IMG/VR virus record: IMGVR_UViG_3300045988_016556
Span: 1-40,368 of that record
Source: a virus
Strand: one strand, 5' to 3'
DNA: 40,368 nt
Shown: positions 33,885-40,368 of the stretch, piece after piece
Numbering within the stretch: the first letter of the stretch is position 1
Layout: every line of letters begins with the position of its first letter
Notes under the pieces: model-generated
The model's database searches: none
The model's input: only the letters and a program-made list of their open reading frames with translations
What the model was told of the DNA's origin: nothing
Translations under genes and position numbers: made by a program

Positions 33885-36452
33885 ATGCCAGAAACTGAAG
33901 CAGAGGGACGTTTGAACCTCTACGATGATGTGACGCCTTTGGAGAACACTAAGAATATTAATGTTTTGACTAAGGCAATCCGAAAGAAGACAAGAGGGGC
34001 GGACGTTCGGGAAGCCATCGCCAAGGCTATTGAAACGACTTATGCTGACGGTGCCACTAATGGCAACACAAATATGGAAGTTATCAAAGCCCGTGGTCTT
34101 ACTGGAAATCTTGATGATCGTCTCAGCACTATCGAGAACACTCTAAACGGCAAGGCGAGCGCTGAATTTGTCGAAAAGAAATTCAACAAGATTGAATCCA
34201 ACGCTCCGAAAGCCGTCCTCAGCTCACTATCTGAAATCAGTAGCACTTACCCAAACGGTGCCAACGGCATCGTGGTAGCGAAAGACACGGGCAAGTGGTA
34301 TTACTACGACGAAGGGGCTCGCTCTTGGAAAGAAGGGGGCGTCTATCAATCCCGTGGCCTTGGTGGTAACGAAGTAACCGCTGATAACATTGACTTCGCC
34401 CAAGGTATTAAGCAAATGCTTACTGACCGCATTACCGGTACTTTCTGGGTAGAAAACAACGGTAAGATTATCAACGACGTTGCCGGCGGATGGAGTCGCT
34501 ACTTGCCAGTTAATCTATACAAGGGGAAAACCTATTACATCGTCGGTGTCCGAGGATTCCTTACTTATGTGACATCAGCGGACGGAAGCCGTGTAATCAA
34601 GAAATTAGCTAACAACGACACAGTGATTAGCACAGAATACACGCCAACAGAAGACTCGATTCTGTACGTATCTACTCAAAATAGCGATCCAAAACCAAAA
34701 GTTTTCAACGCATCAGTGGCAGAGTTAGCCGCTGCTAATGTTGATATGAACAATCTTCCAGACGGTTATATTTCGCTCAAGATTCCAAAATTGTCAGTCG
34801 ACGTCAAGGCTACAGACCTTGATTTTGTAACAGAAATCAAGCAGATCCTTGATGAGAATACGTTTATTCGAGGTAAATTCTATACCGGCAACGGCCAAGA
34901 CAAAGCGGATGCGCAAGATTGGGGTGTGTATCCCCCAATCACCCTAAAAAAAGGCGTTAAATACGGTTTGAAAGATGTTCGTGGGGTGTTTACTTACTTC
35001 CTCAGCGTCGATAACCGTAAACTCAAGCAATTCTCAACAAAAGATGAATTGATTAGCGGGGATTACACAGCGCCAGAGAACGGTTATTTGTTGATTACAA
35101 GACAGCTAAGAGACCCGCAATCAAAACTTATTCAAGGCGGGCTTTCTAAAGCGTCGTTGCTTAAGAATTTAGACTATGGGACTTCTGCCCTAGAATCTAC
35201 TGTCAATTTCTTAAGCGCTGACAACAATAGCACTCGATTTGGCCAAAAGATTGACGGTATCGATTCAACGCAAAAAACCACGGTCAATAACCTAGCTTAT
35301 ATGTCTCCTGTTGATACATGGACTAAAACAAAGGGTTTTATCGACAGTGTGGATGTCTATGTTAAGGATGCAGGGACATATAATTTTGCTATTGGGAACA
35401 TCGACCAAAACCAGTTGATTGTGTCACCTCGGACGTTCACTAAAGAACTCAGTGCGGGCTATAACCGATTGAGTTTAAGACATGAGAATATCTCTATTTT
35501 CTACGGAGAGCAGTTATTCTTTGAATCTAAAGACAATACTGTCTACGCCTCAAAAGGTGAACAGAACTTGATTCAGGACGCTCAACATACAACTAGCAAT
35601 GCTGGGTATGCTGGTAAAATCATGTACCGAACCAACAATGCTATTCCGTTCACTTACACAGTCGCAGAAGAAAGTGCCAACGAAAAAGTGGAAGACTTAA
35701 AACGTACCACTGACAAACTAGAGCCGATTGTTTCAGAACTTGAGATTTTTAAACGCACACCGATGGTTGTCAGTCCAAACGGCACTAAATTCCGTTTGTT
35801 AGTCGATAACAACGGTAATTTATCAACAGTTTCAAACATTCCTAAACGTGTCGCCGTTTTTGGTAACTCAATCGCAAGCCATGGATGGTTGAAAGGAATT
35901 GGGATGGCTGCCAGCTCACAAGATAAGGACTACTTCACTCTTGTTAGAAAGTATATTCAATCCAAGAATCCAGATGCTGTCGTAGAACGTGGGAACGGGG
36001 CATCATGGGAGTCAGAACCTAACACCCGTCGTCAAACATTCGAGAACAAAATGATGTTGACGTTGAAACCGGACACGGATATCGTCATTTTGCAGTTTGG
36101 AGATAACTTGAACAACGACGAAAAACGAAGAAATCTGGAAACAGATATTCCAAATCTTATCAGTTGGATTCGCAATGCATCACCTAAGGCGTTGATTTAC
36201 TGGGTCGGGGTGTACTACGCTTCACAAGATTTTGTAGACCGCTTGAAACGTATCTGTGCCCCTCTTGATGTTACTTTCGTTGACATCTACAAGTTCTCTA
36301 AGGACCCTAAATATAAGTCTTATGTCGGGGCTATCATTGACTTGCCAGACGGTACTAAGTACACAGTCACTGACCCTGGTGTGGCGAGTCACCCGGGAGA
36401 TTTAGGACACAAGGCTATTGCGGATGAAATCATCAAGAATTTCTTATTCTAA
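33885..36452 (+). CDS. Receptor-binding / tail fibre protein with a C-terminal SGNH (GDSL-like) hydrolase domain
   Basis: 855 aa. SGNH-like blocks are VAVFGNSIASHG (block I), ILQFGDNLNND (block III) and HPGDLGH (DxxH, block V). Two tandem homologous domains of about 125 aa lie in the middle. Confidence 0.75.
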   Translation: MPETEAEGRLNLYDDVTPLENTKNINVLTKAIRKKTRGADVREAIAKAIETTYADGATNGNTNMEVIKARGLTGNLDDRLSTIENTLNGKASAEFVEKKFNKIESNAPKAVLSSLSEISSTYPNGANGIVVAKDTGKWYYYDEGARSWKEGGVYQSRGLGGNEVTADNIDFAQGIKQMLTDRITGTFWVENNGKIINDVAGGWSRYLPVNLYKGKTYYIVGVRGFLTYVTSADGSRVIKKLANNDTVISTEYTPTEDSILYVSTQNSDPKPKVFNASVAELAAANVDMNNLPDGYISLKIPKLSVDVKATDLDFVTEIKQILDENTFIRGKFYTGNGQDKADAQDWGVYPPITLKKGVKYGLKDVRGVFTYFLSVDNRKLKQFSTKDELISGDYTAPENGYLLITRQLRDPQSKLIQGGLSKASLLKNLDYGTSALESTVNFLSADNNSTRFGQKIDGIDSTQKTTVNNLAYMSPVDTWTKTKGFIDSVDVYVKDAGTYNFAIGNIDQNQLIVSPRTFTKELSAGYNRLSLRHENISIFYGEQLFFESKDNTVYASKGEQNLIQDAQHTTSNAGYAGKIMYRTNNAIPFTYTVAEESANEKVEDLKRTTDKLEPIVSELEIFKRTPMVVSPNGTKFRLLVDNNGNLSTVSNIPKRVAVFGNSIASHGWLKGIGMAASSQDKDYFTLVRKYIQSKNPDAVVERGNGASWESEPNTRRQTFENKMMLTLKPDTDIVILQFGDNLNNDEKRRNLETDIPNLISWIRNASPKALIYWVGVYYASQDFVDRLKRICAPLDVTFVDIYKFSKDPKYKSYVGAIIDLPDGTKYTVTDPGVASHPGDLGHKAIADEIIKNFLF

Positions 36453-36487
36453 AAAATGGGGGTTAATAAAATGTTAAGGAGTGTTAA

Positions 36488-36928
36488 ATGCACAAACCAG
36501 ATGGAATCTTTGGTATCTTCCAAGTGGTCAAAGATTTCTATGAGCACGGCATAGACGAACACCCTTGGGTGTTTCTCTTAATGGTTGTTATAGCTGCTGA
36601 CATTGTTCTGGGCGTATCCAGAGCGTGGGCTTTCCATGAGCTTTCAAGCTCTAAATTCAGAAAAGGGCTTGTCAGCCATGCGGCTATGTTTACCTTCGTG
36701 GCAATCTTCTACCCATTCGCTGTTTTTATGAATCTGGGCAGTGTGATAGATACGTTTATCTTCGCTATGATTGCAGCCTATGGCTCTAGTATTCTAGCTA
36801 GCTTGTCAGCGTTGGGAGTAGAAATCCCATACTTTGATAAGTACATTAAGCAAAATATCGACAAAGAAAAATTTAATTTAACCTCAGAAAACGAGGGAAA
36901 AGACAAAGGAGAAAAAGAAAATGATTAA
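36488..36928 (+). CDS. Holin (phage_holin_4-like, 3 TM)
   Basis: Three hydrophobic segments. The motif AADIVLGVSRAW...SSKFRKGLVSH is present. The C-terminal tail is charged. Confidence 0.75.
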   Translation: MHKPDGIFGIFQVVKDFYEHGIDEHPWVFLLMVVIAADIVLGVSRAWAFHELSSSKFRKGLVSHAAMFTFVAIFYPFAVFMNLGSVIDTFIFAMIAAYGSSILASLSALGVEIPYFDKYIKQNIDKEKFNLTSENEGKDKGEKEND

Positions 36929-37151
36929 CTTTAAACTACGCTTGCAAAACAAAACAACTTTGGTAGCACTTATCTCAGCAGTATTCTTGATGTTGCAACA
37001 ATTCGGACTTACAATCCCTAGCAATATTCAAGAGGGCGTTAATACCCTCGTTGTGATCTTGGTAATTCTTGGAATCGTAACGGACCCAACAACTAAGGGC
37101 GTTGCAGATAGTGAGCGTGCATTAAACTATCATCAACCTCGTGAGGACTAG
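36921..37151 (+). CDS. Holin (phi LC3-family-like, 76 aa)
   Basis: N-terminal MINFKLRLQNKTTLVALISAVFLMLQQFGL plus a second TM segment. Confidence 0.75.
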   Translation: MINFKLRLQNKTTLVALISAVFLMLQQFGLTIPSNIQEGVNTLVVILVILGIVTDPTTKGVADSERALNYHQPRED

Positions 37152-37154
37152 CTT

Positions 37155-37610
37155 ATGGCTAAGCTCATGACTTCCATCAACCAAATCAAAGGAGGGGATG
37201 TTCTCAAGTCTGGGGACACCACTTCCGTATTTGGTTTTGAGATTCTAGGGTACGATGGGAAACGCATGGAACTATCCAGCACTGGTAAGCTAACACTGTC
37301 CAACGATGAAACGGTGGCACTATACCAAGATGTCGCCGTTGAAAACGGGACATTCTCGTTCTCAATGGGTAGTGTGGTAGCTACTGGCACTTACTACCTT
37401 GAAATCAAACTAGATGGGCATATCTTCCCGTCAAATAATTTCAAGGTAAAAGTGAAGAGTTCACTAAATGCAGACAGTGCCATTCCATCAGACAAAAGCC
37501 CTAAATTAAAACTACTAGCTGATGAATTGCGAGAATCTGGGCTAATCACCGGTAGTGGTGGTGAAGTTACCGAAGACCTCGTTAATATCTACAATCTAGC
37601 TAAAATTTGA
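37155..37610 (+). CDS. Hypothetical fibre/baseplate-like protein (Ig-like N-terminal region)
   Basis: 151 aa with GAGGA upstream. The C-terminus EDLVNIYNLAKI is shared with the next gene product. Confidence 0.55.
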   Translation: MAKLMTSINQIKGGDVLKSGDTTSVFGFEILGYDGKRMELSSTGKLTLSNDETVALYQDVAVENGTFSFSMGSVVATGTYYLEIKLDGHIFPSNNFKVKVKSSLNADSAIPSDKSPKLKLLADELRESGLITGSGGEVTEDLVNIYNLAKI

Positions 37611-37623
37611 AAGGAATAATTAA

Positions 37624-37932
37624 ATGAGTAAATTACATGATTTCGCCCAAGCTGTTGGTGCAGATATCAAAGAAATCAAGGCATCTATTGCCAGCAAGCC
37701 GGCTGGTGTCAGTGAAGAACGCTTGACGCAAGCTATTACGCAAGTTAAGACAGATATCATCGGTAATGCACCAGAAGAGCTTGACACACTCAAGGAAATT
37801 GCTGATAAAATCACCGCAGCGGGTGGCAACACAGACAGCGGTATTATCTCTAAAATGACTGAGTTGGGCACTCGCCTCGACACCATTGAGCAAGAAGACC
37901 TTGTAAGTGTATATAACTCTGCGAAAGCGTGA
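37624..37932 (+). CDS. Hypothetical protein with a tail-fibre-repeat-like motif
   Basis: 102 aa with AAAGGA upstream. The motif GNAPEELDTLKEIADKI resembles the tail-fibre repeat signature. The N-terminus is MSKLHDFAQAVGADIKEIK and the C-terminus is EDLVSVYNSAKA. Confidence 0.55.
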   Translation: MSKLHDFAQAVGADIKEIKASIASKPAGVSEERLTQAITQVKTDIIGNAPEELDTLKEIADKITAAGGNTDSGIISKMTELGTRLDTIEQEDLVSVYNSAKA

Positions 37933-37937
37933 GCGCT

Positions 37938-38210
37938 ATGAGTAAGTTCACAGAATTTGCTCAAGCGGTGGGGGCGGACATTAAGGAGATTAAAGACAAG
38001 CAATCTTCATCATTGTCTGTCAGCCAAGCATATGGATTATTCCCAACGTACAATAACTTTTTTCTACAGGTTTTAGAACAAAACAAATTTGCGCAAGACC
38101 CGCTTGTAACAAAATCGCAATTACCTACAAGTGAAATTGACGCTTTAAAACAGAAGGTTGAAGAGTTGGAGAGAACTATCTCGGAGATTAAACAATCTAT
38201 TCAAAAATAA
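37938..38210 (+). CDS. Hypothetical protein, N-terminal paralogue of the previous gene
   Basis: ATG at 37938 (or GTG at 37929). The N-terminus is MSKFTEFAQAVGADIKEIK. The C-terminus has a coiled coil (IDALKQKVEELERTISEIKQ). Confidence 0.5.
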   Translation: MSKFTEFAQAVGADIKEIKDKQSSSLSVSQAYGLFPTYNNFFLQVLEQNKFAQDPLVTKSQLPTSEIDALKQKVEELERTISEIKQSIQK

Positions 38211-38227
38211 TTTGAGAAAGGAGACCT

Positions 38228-39613
38228 ATGACATCAAAAACACAGTTATTAAACACGCTTGAGAGCCTAGTCAATCAACGTGTAACCGTGCCCACAAATC
38301 CTTATGGCGGGCAGTGTATAAGTTTGATTGACAATGTTTTGCAATATCAAGGCTTGTTTAACCTTGATTTCAGCTATCTCAATGCCATTGACGGCTTAAG
38401 TCGAGCTGAAAATTTAGGGTTGAAAGTAACACGATTCAACGGGGCTAACAATCCACCGGTAGGGAGTGTTTGGGTAACTAACTGCTTGCCATATCACCAA
38501 TTTGGCCATATCGGTTTTGTGGTCGCAGAAAATCCAGACGGTACAGTTACCACCGTCGAGCAGAATATTGACGGTAACGCTGACTGTCTATATAATGGCG
38601 GTTGGACACGCAAGGTGACACGTAACCTTGATAGCGCTGGTAATTTCAGCTATATTGACTGGAATGCACCAACTCAACAAATGGTGGGATGGTTTGAGTT
38701 GCCATTTGATGGCATGGCACAAGATAATTATTTTATCGACGTGTCAGCTTATCAATCGGGCGACTTAACAGCTATCTGTCAAGCTAGTGGGACTAATAAC
38801 ACAGTGATTAAAGTAACTGAGGGCGTGGGCTGGGTTAGTCCAGTAGCTGGTCAGCAAACTAGCACAAGTAACTGTATCGGTTACTATCACTTCGCCCGTT
38901 TCGGTGGAGATGTAGGCACTGCACAAGCTGAAGCGAATTACTTTATCAGCAATCTGCCATCACACCCACGCTATTTAGTGTGTGATTATGAGGATGGGGC
39001 AAGTGGAGACAAGCAAGCTAACACTAATGCAGTATTGGCGTTTATGGACGTTTGTAAGTCAAACGGCTTTGAGCCTATCTATTACAGTTACAAGCCTTAT
39101 ACGTTAGCAAATGTATATGTAGATCAAATCACAGCACGTTATCCAAATAGCTTATGGATTGCAGCGTACCCAGATTATGAAGTGCGTCCAGAACCTTATT
39201 GGGGTGTGTATCCAAACATGGAGCACACACGCTGGTGGCAGTTCACTAGCACGGGTCTAGCGGGTGGATTGGATAAGAACGTAGTCATTATTAATGATGG
39301 CGACAATCTAGTAAATAAGAAAGAGGAAGAAGAAAATATGGATTATGTAGTACGTAGCGAAAGCGGAAGTCAAGGATATGTTGGTGTAGTTAATGGTCGT
39401 GTGTTTGGTATCGGCTCAATGGGAACAGTAGACGCTCTACGTTCAGCGGGAGCTAAACACTTGACATTGCCAGACGATGATTTTGACCGTTTCTTGAATA
39501 GCCAATCAAACGACACGGCAGCGGTTTCTAAGGCAATCAATGAAGCTAGCGCTTCAGTAGTTAAGGCTATCGAAGAACGTGCACAAGCCACACAAGGCCA
39601 AACTGGTAAATAG
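38228..39613 (+). CDS. Endolysin: CHAP + GH25 muramidase + C-terminal putative wall-binding domain
   Basis: CHAP is supported by GGQCISLIDNV (Cys) and QFGHIGFVV (His). GH25 is supported by YFIDVSAYQ...IKVTEG...GYYHFARF...CDYEDG. The C-terminal 90 aa or so is unassigned. Confidence 0.9.
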   Translation: MTSKTQLLNTLESLVNQRVTVPTNPYGGQCISLIDNVLQYQGLFNLDFSYLNAIDGLSRAENLGLKVTRFNGANNPPVGSVWVTNCLPYHQFGHIGFVVAENPDGTVTTVEQNIDGNADCLYNGGWTRKVTRNLDSAGNFSYIDWNAPTQQMVGWFELPFDGMAQDNYFIDVSAYQSGDLTAICQASGTNNTVIKVTEGVGWVSPVAGQQTSTSNCIGYYHFARFGGDVGTAQAEANYFISNLPSHPRYLVCDYEDGASGDKQANTNAVLAFMDVCKSNGFEPIYYSYKPYTLANVYVDQITARYPNSLWIAAYPDYEVRPEPYWGVYPNMEHTRWWQFTSTGLAGGLDKNVVIINDGDNLVNKKEEEENMDYVVRSESGSQGYVGVVNGRVFGIGSMGTVDALRSAGAKHLTLPDDDFDRFLNSQSNDTAAVSKAINEASASVVKAIEERAQATQGQTGK

Positions 39614-39693
39614 ACCACGAAAACTATAAAATAAAAAAGGAGTATATCACCTCCCGACAGACCACAGTTCGGACATCATGGTGGTAGTGGTCG

Positions 39694-39722
39694 AAGCCCT
39701 GGCATTTGCTGGGGCTTTTTTT
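39694..39722 (+). terminator. Rho-independent terminator after the endolysin
   Basis: The stem is AAGCCCT/GGGGCTT (39694-39700 / 39711-39717) with a 10-nt loop, followed by a T-run. Confidence 0.7.
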
Positions 39723-39797
39723 GTGTTATAATATATATGAAATGACAATCCCCCTGCATCCATTATGGACAGATACGCTCTGACGCAGGGCTTTTTT
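39722..39797 (+). ncRNA. Orphan promoter-terminator unit 1 (candidate sRNA of about 55 nt)
   Basis: An extended -10 element TGTGTTATAAT (39722-39732). The stem is CCCTGC/GCAGGG (39752-39757 / 39785-39790), followed by C TTTTTT. No ORF is present. Confidence 0.4.
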
Positions 39798-39804
39798 AAT
39801 TTTC

Positions 39805-40021
39805 TGTGTTATAATATACCTACAGCAAAAACGAGATTTCGAAAAGAAAAGTGTCAGTAACTCTACGGGGTCTGATGCACAAACAATCTCTATTTTTGAC
39901 TGTTCCAAAGACTGATTGAGTTCAGCGCCATGTAAGCTATGTGCACGTAGCCCGATGGAATTTCTGGAATGGTTGCAATAGCGACTTACTGAAAAGGGCT
40001 ATTTGAGAGAGGGCCCTTTTT
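39805..40021 (+). ncRNA. Orphan promoter-terminator unit 2 (candidate RNA of about 200 nt)
   Basis: TGTGTTATAAT at 39805-39815. The terminator stem is AAAGGGC/GCCCTTT (39993-39999 / 40013-40019), followed by T residues. Only ORFs of 14 codons or fewer, lacking an SD, are present. Confidence 0.4.
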
Positions 40022-40082
40022 GTGTTATAATGAATATCCATCATAGGCAAAGAGCTACGAGGAAACTCATAGCTCTTTTTTA
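40021..40082 (+). ncRNA. Orphan promoter-terminator unit 3 (candidate sRNA of about 45 nt)
   Basis: TGTGTTATAAT at 40021-40031. The stem is AGAGCTA/TAGCTCT (40051-40057 / 40070-40076), followed by TTTTTT. Confidence 0.45.
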
Positions 40083-40085
40083 TAT

Positions 40086-40185
40086 TTGCTAATCTCCACG
40101 ATAAGTGATAACATAGATTTCGGAATACTTGGTATCATTTCGATAAATTCCTCGAACTGTCCCCCGGCTTTTAGTCGGGGTTTTT
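40086..40185 (+). ncRNA. Orphan promoter-terminator unit 4 (candidate sRNA of about 65 nt)
   Basis: TTGCTA (40086-40091), a 17-nt spacer, then TG-extended TAACAT (40106-40114). There is an internal GGAAT/ATTCC stem. The terminator stem is CCCCGGC/GTCGGGG (40062-40068 / 40074-40080), followed by TTTTT. Confidence 0.4.
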
Positions 40186-40193
40186 GTATTGAA

Positions 40194-40213
40194 AAGGGGC
40201 AAATAAGGGGCAA
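40194..40213. repeat. Two AAGGGGCAA motifs 11 bp apart, candidate integrase arm-type sites (right arm)
   Basis: AAGGGGCAA occurs at 40194-40202 and 40205-40213. The motif, orientation and spacing match those at 93-112. Confidence 0.4.
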
Positions 40214-40274
40214 TAAGTGTGAACTTTAGTAACTTTATGTGAGTTTTACCGTCTACATCTTACACGCATATATC

Positions 40275-40307
40275 CGTATATAATAGGTTTTCTTCCTATT
40301 ATATACG
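40275..40307. repeat. Perfect 13-bp inverted repeat near attR
   Basis: CGTATATAATAGG (40275-40287), a 7-nt spacer, then CCTATTATATACG (40295-40307). Confidence 0.6.
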
Positions 40308-40340
40308 CATTTAAAACTGCACTAACAGAATACCGTGGTT

Positions 40341-40368
40341 TGAAATCATTCTACAACTTGAAAAAATA
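40341..40368. repeat. attR core sequence (identical to 1-28)
   Basis: Exact 28/28 identity with the window start. Confidence 0.85.

Larger units (their letters stand above)
1..40368. mobile_element. Complete integrated temperate siphovirus-like prophage (Streptococcus-type organisation), attL to attR
   Basis: Identical 28-bp direct repeats sit at both window ends. Integrase and the ImmA/XRE lysogeny module are at the left, and the CHAP/GH25 endolysin is at the right. Early, packaging, head, tail and lysis modules run between them without interruption. Confidence 0.9.

Noticed and set aside
39678-39731. 17-codon hydrophobic micro-ORF (MVVVVEALAFAGAFFVL) after the lysin, considered as a possible type I toxin
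   Set aside because: It has no SD. It is built almost entirely from the lysin terminator hairpin and the T-run/promoter sequence, and it is too short for a membrane-spanning toxin.
39726-39908. 60-aa minus-strand ORF in the right arm
   Set aside because: It has no SD and an implausible Cys/Ile-rich composition. It runs antisense across two plus-strand promoter-terminator units.
1-40368. Search for a CRISPR array, retron or DGR (reverse transcriptase plus repeats), toxin-antitoxin pairs and known defence enzymes
   Set aside because: No spacer-repeat array, RT motif (YxDD) or recognisable nuclease, ATPase or Sir2/TIR-type ORF was seen. Every ORF of 100 aa or more is either assigned to a standard phage function, or is the adhesin or one of a few hypothetical proteins with no such motifs.

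Overview
The window is one complete integrated temperate siphovirus-type prophage of about 40.3 kb. Gene content and order look Streptococcus-like, and it is bounded by identical 28-bp direct repeats (attL 1-28, attR 40341-40368). From left to right the modules are as follows.
- Lysogeny (minus strand): tyrosine integrase, ImmA-like metalloprotease and XRE repressor.
- cI/cro-type switch with repeated GTTCCCGAAAA operators.
- A second divergent promoter/palindrome unit, followed by early genes (DUF3102-like, ORF6C-like).
- A short Rep-like winged-helix gene next to an iteron-rich, ORF-poor stretch.
- An accessory YSIRK/LPXTG Cna-like surface adhesin.
- Recombination and replication genes: ERF, DUF1351-like, SSB, HNH, RusA, small ORFs, MazG-like, YopX, a second HNH.
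- A 650-bp non-coding region holding two paralogous tRNA-like minihelices.
- ArpU late regulator, TerS/TerL, SPP1-like portal, gp7-like head protein, scaffold and major capsid.
- Connector proteins, major tail protein, chaperones, a 1535-aa tape measure, Dit, Tal, and a receptor-binding protein with an SGNH esterase domain.
- Two holins, three small fibre-like genes, a CHAP+GH25 endolysin, and a 730-bp ORF-free right arm.

I found no CRISPR array, full tRNA or rRNA gene, reverse transcriptase or recognisable defence-system enzyme. The candidates most worth follow-up are:
1. The right-arm tandem array of four orphan promoter-terminator units (candidate sRNAs) in the classic moron position.
2. 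The phage-borne LPXTG adhesin embedded in the early operon.
3. The two tRNA-like acceptor/T-arm minihelices, which show a compensatory base-pair change.
4. The second switch-like unit driving an acidic 107-aa leftward gene.

All protein family assignments come from motif recognition by eye and from memory of family signatures. No searches were run.
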